DNA from: Clostridia bacterium
GTDB taxonomy: Bacteria > Bacillota > Clostridia > Oscillospirales > CAG-272
Assembly (NCBI GenBank): GCA_017447775.1
Contig: JAFSMU010000014.1
Coordinates: 5,718 to 69,717, forward strand
Length of the DNA stretch: 64,000 nt
Direction of reading: 5' to 3'
This document shows, one piece after another, positions 45,623 through 54,600 of this stretch. A model generated the notes under the pieces. It made no database searches. It was not told the origin of the DNA and was given only the letters and a program-made list of their open reading frames with translations. The first letter of the stretch is position 1; each line of letters begins with the position of its first letter. Made by a program: the position numbers and the translations under genes.

Positions 45623-47833
45623 ATGAACGATAAACTTTGGTACGCCTCCCCTGCGCGCGCGTGGGAGGAATCGCTACCCGTCGGGTGCGGAGCTTTGGGC
45701 GCTAACGTTTTCGGCGATCCGATAAACGAAACGCTGACGCTCAACGAGGACACGCTCTGGTCCGGCACGCCGCGGGACAAAAATAACAAAAACGCAAAAA
45801 AATACCTGCCCGAGATACGCCGCCTGCTCGACGAGGGCGACGTTGTCGGCGCGGAGGAGATAATAAACAGGTACACGCTCGGCGATATGTGCGAAACGTA
45901 CCTGCCCTTTGCCGACCTTAAAATAACGTCGGACAATGGTGATATCTCCGACTACCGCCGCGAGCTTGACATTTTGCGCGGCGTATTTAAGATGACGTGC
46001 AAAAAGGACGGCTGTGATTTTTCGCAGGCTGTTTTCGCGTCGTACCCCGCGCGAATCATAGTTATTAAGTTTTCGTCCTCGCACCCGCAAAATTTCAGCA
46101 TTTCGCTTACCTCAAAGCTGAAATACAGCCTTAATATATCCGAGCGCGGCGCCGAGATCTCCGGCATCGCGCCGGAGTCCAATCTTCCGACTGTGCGCGG
46201 CATAACGCCGCCGACGGTATACGGTAACGAGCAGACAAGCGACGCCATCCGCTTTTTCGGCGCCGTTGAAATAATAACGGACGGCCGGCGCGACGGACTT
46301 TGCATTTGCGGCGCAAGGGAGCTTGAAATTCGCGTGTCGCTTGCAACGTCGTTCATCTCGCCTTTTGAATCCCCGCGCGCCGACGCAAAAGCGCGAGCCT
46401 TAGCGCCGCTTGAAAATGCAAAAGGCAAGAGCTTTGACGAGCTGCTCGGCGAACACGTCCGCGATTTTTTATCGCTTTCGCAAAAATTTGACATATCGCT
46501 CGGAAGCGCGCCGGATATCCCGACAGACGAGCGTCTTATACGCGCAAGCCGCGGCGAGTCAGATCCCGCGTTTGCGGCGCTGCTTGTAAAATACGGGCGG
46601 TATCTTATGATATCGTCATCACGCCCCGGCTCCCGCGCGACGAATTTGCAGGGAATATGGAACGAAAAGCTCCACCCCGCGTGGTGCTCGAATTACACAG
46701 TCAACATCAACACCGAAATGAACTACTGGGGCGCCGAGCCGACCGGGCTTTCCGAATGCGCCGAGCCGCTTTTCGATTTTATTTCCGAGCGCGCGCAAAG
46801 CGGTGCAAAAACCGCCGATCTTCACTACGGCGCGCGCGGATGGGTATGCCACGCAAATTCCGATATCTGGGCGTACACAACGTCGTGCGGACCTGTAAAC
46901 GAGCGGCGCGGATGCTCTCGGTACGCAACATGGCAGGGAGCGTCAGGGTGGCTGTGCCGTCATTTGTGGGAACATTATGAGATAACACAAAACGTCGGTT
47001 TTCTCAAAAAATACTACCCGATAATGACGGGCGCGGCGCGCTTTTATCTCGATTTTATGGTGGAAAAGGACGGTTATCTCAAAACATCCCCGTCGCTTTC
47101 GCCCGAAAATATCTATTTTGACAAAGACGGCAACAAGGTTTCAGCCGACGTTATGCCGACAATGGACAAATTCATCATAACGGAGCTTTTTCAAAATTGC
47201 CTTGCCGCCGCAAGTATTCTCGGTGAGCGCGGCGGGATCGTCGACGAAATAAAAGCCGCGCTTTCAAAAATCGAGCCGCCGAGGATAAATTCCGACGGGA
47301 CGCTTTCAGAATGGAGCCGCGAATACACGGAGGCGGAACCTGATCACAGGCACGTTTCGCACCTTTACGGGCTGTATCCGTCGGACGCGATAAACAAAAA
47401 CACAAAGGATCTCCTTGCCGCCGCAAAAAAGACGCTTGATCGCCGCGGCACGCAGGGCACGGGCTGGGGCATTATGTGGAAAACGTGCCTTTACGCGCGT
47501 ATCGGCAGCACTGATGGGGCGTATGATATGTTCCGCCTGATCTACAACCGCCTGCCGCCAAACGCGCCGATGGGAAATACGGGCGGCGGCCTTTACGACA
47601 GCCTTCTCGCCGCGTGCCCGCCGTTTCAGATAGACGCAAACTTCGGCGCGATAGCCGCCGTTTGCGAAATGCTGGTGCGCGACACAAAAGACGGCGTCGA
47701 GCTTCTCCCCGCCTGCCCCGCAGAGTGGAAAGAGGGCGAGATACGCGGGTACCGCCTTAAAGGCGGGCGTGTGCTTGATTTTTCGTGGCGGGACGGAAAG
47801 GTTACAAAATCGGTGATACACGATGCTTTATGA
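45623..47833 (+). CDS. Glycoside hydrolase family 95 (alpha-L-fucosidase-like)
   Basis: LWYASPARAWEESLPVGCGALGANVFG...TLNEDTLWSG, NLQGIWN, YTVNINTEMNYW, HVSHLYGLYP and FQIDANFG. Confidence 0.85.
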   Translation: MNDKLWYASPARAWEESLPVGCGALGANVFGDPINETLTLNEDTLWSGTPRDKNNKNAKKYLPEIRRLLDEGDVVGAEEIINRYTLGDMCETYLPFADLKITSDNGDISDYRRELDILRGVFKMTCKKDGCDFSQAVFASYPARIIVIKFSSSHPQNFSISLTSKLKYSLNISERGAEISGIAPESNLPTVRGITPPTVYGNEQTSDAIRFFGAVEIITDGRRDGLCICGARELEIRVSLATSFISPFESPRADAKARALAPLENAKGKSFDELLGEHVRDFLSLSQKFDISLGSAPDIPTDERLIRASRGESDPAFAALLVKYGRYLMISSSRPGSRATNLQGIWNEKLHPAWCSNYTVNINTEMNYWGAEPTGLSECAEPLFDFISERAQSGAKTADLHYGARGWVCHANSDIWAYTTSCGPVNERRGCSRYATWQGASGWLCRHLWEHYEITQNVGFLKKYYPIMTGAARFYLDFMVEKDGYLKTSPSLSPENIYFDKDGNKVSADVMPTMDKFIITELFQNCLAAASILGERGGIVDEIKAALSKIEPPRINSDGTLSEWSREYTEAEPDHRHVSHLYGLYPSDAINKNTKDLLAAAKKTLDRRGTQGTGWGIMWKTCLYARIGSTDGAYDMFRLIYNRLPPNAPMGNTGGGLYDSLLAACPPFQIDANFGAIAAVCEMLVRDTKDGVELLPACPAEWKEGEIRGYRLKGGRVLDFSWRDGKVTKSVIHDAL

Positions 47834-48431
47834 CCGCGACATTCGCCCGTATCTGTACGATTTTCTTGACGAAATGTTCCCGCGCGTGCGCACGTTTGAC
47901 GAAAAGATAATCGGGCGTTCCCGCTCGGACGTTTTTGCCGTCATCGACGGGGCGCTTGTCGGCATAGAAATAAAAAGCGACGCCGACACTTACGCGCGTC
48001 TGCCGTCGCAGGTAAAGAACTACGACAAGTTTTTCGACTATAACTACATTGTCGTCGGCAAAAGCCACGCAAAAAAGGTTGACGCTCACGTGCCGTCGCA
48101 CTGGGGCATAATCGCGCTTGACGACAGCGACGGCGTTTTGCTTGTTATGCATCGCCCGGCGCAGATAAACGTCAAAGCAAAACTGTCAAATCAGCTTCGG
48201 CTTTTGTGGCGGCGGGAGCTTGTTTCGGTGCTGAAAAGGTGCGGCCTTCCCGGTTATACGTCGAAAAGCCGCGCTTTTTCGGAAAAGGCTCTGCTTGATC
48301 GTGCCACTCCCGATAAAATAAAAGCGGCGATGACCGAGGAGCTTTTTGAGCGCGATTACACAACGCTTAACGATCAAAAACCGCGCCCCACGATAAAAAG
48401 CCTTTCCAAAAGAGCAAGAAGAAAAGCATAG
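47823..48431 (+). CDS. PD-(D/E)xK nuclease-fold protein, sce7726-family-like
   Basis: MLYDRDIRPYLYDFLDEMF...RSDVFAVIDGALVGIEIKSDADTYARLPSQVKNYDKFFDYNYIVVG shows the D...E-x-K pattern. Its ATG overlaps the last 11 nt of the GH95 gene. Confidence 0.6.
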   Translation: MLYDRDIRPYLYDFLDEMFPRVRTFDEKIIGRSRSDVFAVIDGALVGIEIKSDADTYARLPSQVKNYDKFFDYNYIVVGKSHAKKVDAHVPSHWGIIALDDSDGVLLVMHRPAQINVKAKLSNQLRLLWRRELVSVLKRCGLPGYTSKSRAFSEKALLDRATPDKIKAAMTEELFERDYTTLNDQKPRPTIKSLSKRARRKA

Positions 48432-48433
48432 GC

Positions 48434-48462
48434 TTGATTTTTTCCATAAAATATGATAAAAT
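48434..48462 (+). promoter_or_regulatory. Sigma-A-type promoter candidate for the DtxR-like regulator
   Basis: TTGATT, a 17-nt spacer, then TAAAAT. Confidence 0.45.
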
Positions 48463-48489
48463 GTATAAAAATATGTTTGGGAGGAATAT

Positions 48490-48867
48490 ATGTCACAAAT
48501 TTTCGAATCCGGCGAGATGTATCTTGAAGACATCCTTGTTCTGAAAAAGCGCGGCGACGTCCGCTCTATCGACATCGTTAATTTCACGGGATATTCTCGC
48601 CCCAGCATCAGCCGCGCGATAAGTCTGCTTAAAAAGGACGAATATATCACCGTGGACGCGCACGGTTATATCGATCTTACTGAAAAAGGCCGCTCAATTG
48701 CGGAAAAGATATACGAGCGGCACAACGTTATGACGGCATTTTTCGAGTATATCGGCGTCGATCCCGACGTGGCGGAGCAAGACGCGTGCAAAATCGAACA
48801 CGTTATCAGCGATGAAACGTTTGAAAAAATAAAGGAACACGCATCGTCCCTTACGAGTAAACTATAA
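48490..48867 (+). CDS. DtxR/MntR family metal-dependent transcriptional regulator (short form)
   Basis: SGEMYLEDILVLKKRGDVRSIDIVNFTGYSRPSISRAISLLKKDEYI...ERHNVMTAFF...ACKIEHVIS. Confidence 0.85.
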   Translation: MSQIFESGEMYLEDILVLKKRGDVRSIDIVNFTGYSRPSISRAISLLKKDEYITVDAHGYIDLTEKGRSIAEKIYERHNVMTAFFEYIGVDPDVAEQDACKIEHVISDETFEKIKEHASSLTSKL

Positions 48868-48937
48868 AGGGACAGCTATATTTCATAACCGCATAGGCGT
48901 GGAAACGTATTTGTCCCAAAAAATAAAAAGGGACAAA
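48866..48937 (+). promoter_or_regulatory. Three copies of GGGACA/TGTCCC able to form mutually exclusive hairpins upstream of the ZIP gene
   Basis: AAAGGGACA (48866..48874), TTTGTCCC (48910..48917) and GGGACAAA (48930..48937). The last copy overlaps the SD-like AAGGGA of the ZIP gene. Confidence 0.3.
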
Positions 48938-48941
48938 TAAA

Positions 48942-49730
48942 ATGACCGAACAATTAAGTACTGTTTTTGGAATACTTATTCCATTTATCGGGACGACTCT
49001 CGGCGCGGCGCTTGTGTTTTTTATGCGGCGCGGCTTTGGCGAGCGCGTGCGATGCTCGATGCTCGGGTTTGCGTCAGGCGTGATGATAGCGGCGTCGGTA
49101 TGGTCGCTTCTGCTTCCGTCGATCAAAATGGCGGCGGAGTTTTCCGTGCCGCACTACCTTCCCGCAACGGTCGGTTTTGTTTGCGGTATAGCGTTTTTGC
49201 TTGCGCTTGACAAAATAATTCCGAATATCCGCGAGCGCGCTGAAAACGCGCCAAGCTCACGCGGGGCGCTCGGCAGATCGACAATGCTGTTTTTAGCGGT
49301 GACGCTTCACAACGTTCCCGAGGGAATGGCTGTCGGCGTTGCGTTTGCGGGCGTTATATCGTCCGCGCCGTCGGTAACAATGGCGGAGGCGATGGTGCTG
49401 TCCATCGGGATAGCGGTGCAAAACCTGCCGGAAGGCTCGATAATATCACTGCCATTGCGGGCGGACGGCATGAAAAAGAGCCGTGCGTTTCTTTACGGGA
49501 CGCTTTCGGGCGTCGTTGAGCCGATAGCCGCGGCGCTGACGCTCGCACTTGCCGCGATAATATCGCCGATACTGCCATACATCCTTTCATTTGCGGCGGG
49601 CGCGATGATCTACGTCGCCGTGCGCGAGCTTATCCCCGAGGCGATGACGGGTGACGGCGCTGACTTTGGGATCATCGGCGCAGCCATCGGGTTTGCGCTT
49701 ATGATGATACTCGACGTTGCACTGGGATAA
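48942..49730 (+). CDS. ZIP family metal transporter (ZupT-like)
   Basis: Multi-TM protein with TLHNVPEGMAVGVAF and VQNLPEGSI motifs. Confidence 0.85.
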   Translation: MTEQLSTVFGILIPFIGTTLGAALVFFMRRGFGERVRCSMLGFASGVMIAASVWSLLLPSIKMAAEFSVPHYLPATVGFVCGIAFLLALDKIIPNIRERAENAPSSRGALGRSTMLFLAVTLHNVPEGMAVGVAFAGVISSAPSVTMAEAMVLSIGIAVQNLPEGSIISLPLRADGMKKSRAFLYGTLSGVVEPIAAALTLALAAIISPILPYILSFAAGAMIYVAVRELIPEAMTGDGADFGIIGAAIGFALMMILDVALG

Positions 49731-49740
49731 ATTCAAATAC

Positions 49741-49768
49741 AAAAAAGCAGGCATAGCCTGCTTTTTTT
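49741..49768. terminator. Bidirectional rho-independent terminator
   Basis: AAAAAAGCAGGC-ATA-GCCTGCTTTTTTT. Confidence 0.7.
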
Positions 49769-49844
49769 ACATTATTGCCAAAAGGCACGCGGCGGCGATC
49801 AGCGAAATCAGCGACAGCGCCGCCAAAAAGTCGTAAATCTTCAT
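49767..49844 (-). CDS. Candidate small hydrophobic protein (25 aa, or 27 aa from ATG 49850) downstream of mgtE
   Basis: My translation: (MN)MKIYDFLAALSLISLIAAACLLAIM*. GGAG lies 6 nt upstream of the second ATG. The stop abuts the terminator. The ORF is below the ORF-track size cutoff. Confidence 0.45.
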   Translation of the reverse strand: MKIYDFLAALSLISLIAAACLLAIM

Positions 49845-49892
49845 ATTCATCTCCGACGCACATATTGTGCTCAAAAGGTGAAGAAGTATTCA

Positions 49893-51269
49893 TCAAATGT
49901 GAAGTATCGAGCTTGCAACGCCGAAATACAGAAGCAGCGCCAGCGCGTCGACTATGGTCGTGATGAACGGGCTTGCCATAACGGCGGGGTCAAAGCCGAT
50001 CTTTTTTGCAAGAAGCGGCAGAGTGCATCCGATAAGCTTTGATACGACGATTGTGAACATCAGCGTTATAGATACGACAAGCGCGACAAGTATGCCGTTT
50101 ATATCGGTCGCCCAAAGCATACGGTCGATGAACAGCACCTTCAAAAACGCCACCGGCGCAACGGTAAGTCCGCAGACAATGGCGACTCTTACCTCTTTCC
50201 AGATTATGCGCCACACGTCGCGAAGCTCCACGTCGCCAAGAGATAGACCACGGATGATCGTGACGCTCGCCTGTCCGCCGGCGTTGCCGCCCGTGTCCAT
50301 TATCATCGGGATGAAGCCGGTCAAAACGATACACGACGCAAGCGCCGACTCAAATGAGTTGATGATTTGCGACGTAAACGTTGCGGAAATCATAAGCAAG
50401 AGCAGCCACGGTATGCGTTTTGCATACGTTGCAAAAACGCCCGTTTTCATATACGGCTTCTCTGTCGGCACGATAGCCGCCATTTTTTCGATATCCTCGG
50501 TTGCCTCGTCTTCCATGACTTCAAGAGCGTCGTCGATGGTGACGATACCGACAAGCCTCTGCTCGCGGTCAACAACGGGAATTGCAAGGTAGCCGTATTT
50601 CTGGAACTGCGAAGCAACGAACTCTTTATCGTCCGTCGTTTCAACGGCGATGAGGTTCTGGTGCATTATTTCCGATATTTTTGTGCCGCTTGCGGCGACA
50701 AGCATTGAACGCACTGAAACAACGCCCACAAGCTTGCGGTTTTCGGTAACGTAGCAGGTGTAGACCGTTTCCTTGTCCACGCCGTCGCGCCTGATGCGCG
50801 CAAACGCTTCCTCAACAGTCATGCTCGGATAAAGGCTGACGTACTCGGGCGTCATAAGACTGCCGGCGCTGTCCTCGGGATAAAGCAGAAGCGCATTTAT
50901 GGACTTGCGCGTCTCGGCGTCGGTGTTTTTGAGTATGCGCGCGACGACGTTTGCGGGCATTTCTTCGATAAGGTCGGCGGCGTCGTCGAGGTAGATCTCG
51001 TCCATCACGGCACGAAGCTCAACGTCCGAGAACCCTTTTACAAGCACCTCTTGAAATTCCGGATCAGCCGCCACAAACAGATCCGCCGCCGACTCCTTCG
51101 GGAGCAGTCTGTATGTCAGCAAAATATCTTTTTCGTCAAGACCTTCAAGCGCCTCCGCAACGTCGACGGGGTTGACCTCGGCAAGCAAAGCTTTAAGCGC
51201 CTTGATATTTTTCTGTTCCAAAAGCTCCTCTATCTTTTCGTGGAGCTCGTGGCTATCAAATTCGTTCAT
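49893..51269 (-). CDS. mgtE: Magnesium transporter MgtE
   Basis: N-domain, tandem CBS (MTPEYVSL...VVDREQRLVGIVTIDD) and a TM domain with GNAGGQ. Confidence 0.95.
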   Translation of the reverse strand: MNEFDSHELHEKIEELLEQKNIKALKALLAEVNPVDVAEALEGLDEKDILLTYRLLPKESAADLFVAADPEFQEVLVKGFSDVELRAVMDEIYLDDAADLIEEMPANVVARILKNTDAETRKSINALLLYPEDSAGSLMTPEYVSLYPSMTVEEAFARIRRDGVDKETVYTCYVTENRKLVGVVSVRSMLVAASGTKISEIMHQNLIAVETTDDKEFVASQFQKYGYLAIPVVDREQRLVGIVTIDDALEVMEDEATEDIEKMAAIVPTEKPYMKTGVFATYAKRIPWLLLLMISATFTSQIINSFESALASCIVLTGFIPMIMDTGGNAGGQASVTIIRGLSLGDVELRDVWRIIWKEVRVAIVCGLTVAPVAFLKVLFIDRMLWATDINGILVALVVSITLMFTIVVSKLIGCTLPLLAKKIGFDPAVMASPFITTIVDALALLLYFGVASSILHI

Positions 51270-51498
51270 AATAAAAACTCCTTTCTTTGTGAAAGGAGAT
51301 TTGTCATCGGTAAATCAAAAAAGACCCGCCTCTGCAAATCCCCGTAATGAAGTCACGCATGGGCAAGCCGAATTATGAACGCAAAAACTATCCGCCCGTA
51401 ATGAAGACCGGATCACTTGCGCGCGCAAAAAATCGGCATAACCCCACGGTACCTCGACTTCCGGAATCCATTACGTTCACCTCGATATAATTTGGTCT
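51270..51498 (-). ncRNA. Long structured 5' leader of mgtE with an SD-sequestering terminator hairpin (unclassified riboswitch/attenuator candidate)
   Basis: About 228 nt lie between the predicted -10 and the ATG. The 3' hairpin is CUCCUUUC-ACAAA-GAAAGGAG followed by a U-run (plus coords 51278..51298). There are two CUUCAUUACGGG repeats 54 nt apart and an upstream complementary CGUAAUGG. Confidence 0.5.
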
Positions 51499-51504
51499 GC
51501 ATTT

Positions 51505-51533
51505 AGTTTAACCCAAAACGGCGGATTTGTCAA
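51505..51533 (-). promoter_or_regulatory. Sigma-A-type promoter candidate for the mgtE leader
   Basis: On the minus strand: TTGACA (51533..51528), a 17-nt spacer, then TAAACT (51510..51505). Confidence 0.55.
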
Positions 51534-51544
51534 TATTTCAGACG

Positions 51545-51576
51545 AAAAAAAGGCTCCCTTGCGGGAGCCTTTTTTA
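51545..51576 (-). terminator. Strong rho-independent terminator of the giant SLH-protein gene
   Basis: On the minus strand: AAAAAA-GGCTCCC-GCAA-GGGAGCC-TTTTTTT, 25 nt after the stop. Confidence 0.8.
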
Positions 51577-51600
51577 TTAGGAATTAGGAGTTAACCTTTA

Positions 51601-54600
51601 TTATTTGGAGAAGCTGTTAACAAATACGTAGAATGTGTTACCAATTACAACGTAGTTGAAGCCGAGCGTAGCGTTCGGGTTCTGGTACGAAGCTGCCTGG
51701 ATAGACATGTAGTTGTTAACCGGTGACATAGCAACATTCCAGAATGTGCCGTTAAAGTAAGCGTCAACGACTGCTTCTTTAGCTGCATCGATCTTAGCCT
51801 GTGCTTCTGCAACGTCTTCTTCTGTGTACATGTGTGAGCCGCCAACGCCTTCAGCAACGATGTCGCTGCTGGACTTGTAAGCTGCTACGATTTCAGACTC
51901 TGTAGAAACAGATACGTTAGTATTGCTGCCGCCTACGCCGAATCTGTTGCCATCAAGATCATGATAGATGAACTTGAACGCATACTTCGAAACGTCAACG
52001 CCTGCAACGCCGCCAACTGTAGCTACTGTCTTGCCGCTTGTTTCAGCTGCTGTGATCGTACCTGCGACAACCTTGATGTTCTTGTCTTCCGTGCCGTATG
52101 TGCCCGGTGTCTTCTCGTCAACTTTAACGATAACTTCGTTATTGCTGTCTACGAGGAAGTAACCGCCTTCAGCCACGCTAGCCTGAGTTGCATCGATGAT
52201 GCCACGAGACGTGTATGTGCCGAATACGTACTGGATAGAACCGATTTCTTCGCCTGTTACGACGTCGATAGCGGAACCTGTGGATCTGATTACCCAGAAG
52301 TTGTTGAGCTGGACAGCCTCTGCGATGATGCCTGCATCAGCGTTGAGGTATACGAGCTTAGCGCTGCCCTTGATCGTGGGTTCAAGTTTGAACGTAGGAT
52401 CTACCGGCTGAGTAGGTGTAGTGCCTTCTTTGTTGAGGCTTACGATCTCACCGAATACGGAGAGCATTGTACCTGTTGTAGCGGAGCCATTGTACTGGTA
52501 ATCTGTTACGAAGATACCCTGGTTATTAGCAGCGAGTTCCTTCGGAGATGTAACTGTGATCTTGAAGTTGCTGTTATCTGTCTTGCCATCGGATGTGTTG
52601 GATACCGGTGTGATAACAACGATCTTCGTTGTCTGGAGCATCTGGAAGGACTTAGATGTGTTAAGACCATTCTTAAGGTTTACATGATACAGAGCCGGAG
52701 CATAGCCGTCTTCACCCTTAACGAACGGGTTAACTGTAAGCGAAACGAGGTCTTTCGTTGCAACGCTTACGCCAACATCCTTAAGAGCTACGTCGTACTT
52801 AACATCTGCAACTGTAGCATTTGTTCTGTCGTAGCTGGGCTCGTCGGAAACGAACTTCGTTGTATCATATACAGCGCGGTTAAGGATCCACCATACATAG
52901 CCGTCACCATCGACGTAGTACACCGTTGTATCTGTGTAGGATACACCGTCGTCTTTACGCTGGTTAGCTGTGTTTTCACCTTCACGAACTTCAACAAGGT
53001 CTGTCTTGGATCTGTCGATCTGGTAGTACTTGGAACCTACAACGCCTTCAAGGCTTTCTACTGTCGAGAACATAACTGTGTAAGTGATCTTACCAGTGTT
53101 GGAAACTGTTCTGAGGTAGTACGGGTTGTAACCAACAACCATGTTATACTGATCGGAGATACCGATTACTGTATTGTTGTTGTCTACGATGTTTGTTGTT
53201 GTGCCTGAAACCTTAGCAAAGCCAAGGATGTAAGCATTGTCAAATACGCCGAGGAGAGCGTCTTTGACGCCACCTGCTGTCCAGTTAAGAGCTGCGCCTA
53301 CTTCATAGAGATCTCTCTCTACATAGAAGTATGTATCAGATCTGTAACCTGCACGAGTTACGTTATCGTTGATGAATACGTTTCTCATCTGGAGGTAACC
53401 GGCGTTGTTGATGTCAGAGAGCATCGTGGAAGAACCGGAACCAACATATGCGGTGTCGTATGCGTCGTAGTCAAGGCCTTCGATTGTGTAGTACTTGTTA
53501 TATGCGCCCTTGGAGAGGGAGATATAAACGAGGTCACCGCCGTCAACCTTTTCGCCGTTTTCAGCTGCGTCTACATTGTAGAGTTTTCTGTCAACGAGGA
53601 GGTTGTGAACAATCTTGTATGTTTCTGCGCCGTATGTCCAAACTGCAGTAGAGGAACCTGTTACGTCAAGAGTCTTAACGCTTGTACCTGTCGTGTAGCT
53701 TGTGCTGGATGTGATAACACCCTTTTGTGTGGATGTAGTTGTTGTTGTTGTCTCTATGAAGTAACCTATAGTTGCATCATATGTTGCTGTGGAAGTATCA
53801 ACAGCCGTGTAGTTACCGTTGTCTTCTGTGTAGTATACAACGCCGGATTTCCATGTCGGGATTGTTGTTGTATCGAAGTCATCGGCTGTAGCTTCTACAT
53901 AAGACACTGTTGTTGTTGTTGCTGTATCAACGACGTAGTATGTTACAGTTGCATCATATGTTGCTGTGGAAGTATTAACAGGCGTGTAATTGCCGCCGTC
54001 TTCTGTGTAGTACTCAACGCCGGCTTTCCATGTCGGGATTGTTTCTGTATCGAAGTCAGCATCTGTAGCTAATTCATAAGACGTTGTTGTAGTTGTTACT
54101 TCAACGTTTGTGATGTTGCCGCCAACACCGTTGCGTGTGATAGCCGACCAGTCTGCATCCTTAAGGAAGCCGAACATAGCGCCGGAAGTTGTGGAAACTT
54201 TCTTGAAGATCTGGCCGTAGTATTCAGCGTCAGCGTCGTATGCTGTAGCAAGAACGTAGTCGCCGTCTACTTCTGTGAAGAGTTCGTAATCTTCGAAGTT
54301 GTTAGCGTCGATTGTTACGCCAAGAACGTCAACAGATACGTAGCCCTTGTACTGCGGTTTAGCAAAGTACTCAACGTCGCTTACGTCAAGGAGAGAACCT
54401 GCCTTGAAGATCTGCGGGTTAGCGCCGCCGTTAGCTGCGTTGTGCTGAGTGGACTGCTGGAGTGTAGGAACTGTGTCGCCGTCAGGCATATTGTCGTCCG
54501 TGTCATAGTAGAGACCGCCAACCTGTACGCCGTATGCGCCAAGACCGTTCATAACCTTAAGAAGGTTCTGAGCAGCTGTACCTGCAACAACAGGGAAGAA

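Noticed and set aside
51322-51340. The T-run in the mgtE leader (minus-strand GGCGGGTCTTTTTT) as a second terminator.
   Set aside because: I could not find an upstream segment complementary to GGCGGGTC to form a stem, so it is probably just a U-rich tract.
51270-51498. Calling the mgtE leader an M-box (ykoK) riboswitch outright.
   Set aside because: The context fits, but I could not locate the conserved M-box core strings as I remember them. It is reported as an unclassified leader pending a covariance-model search.
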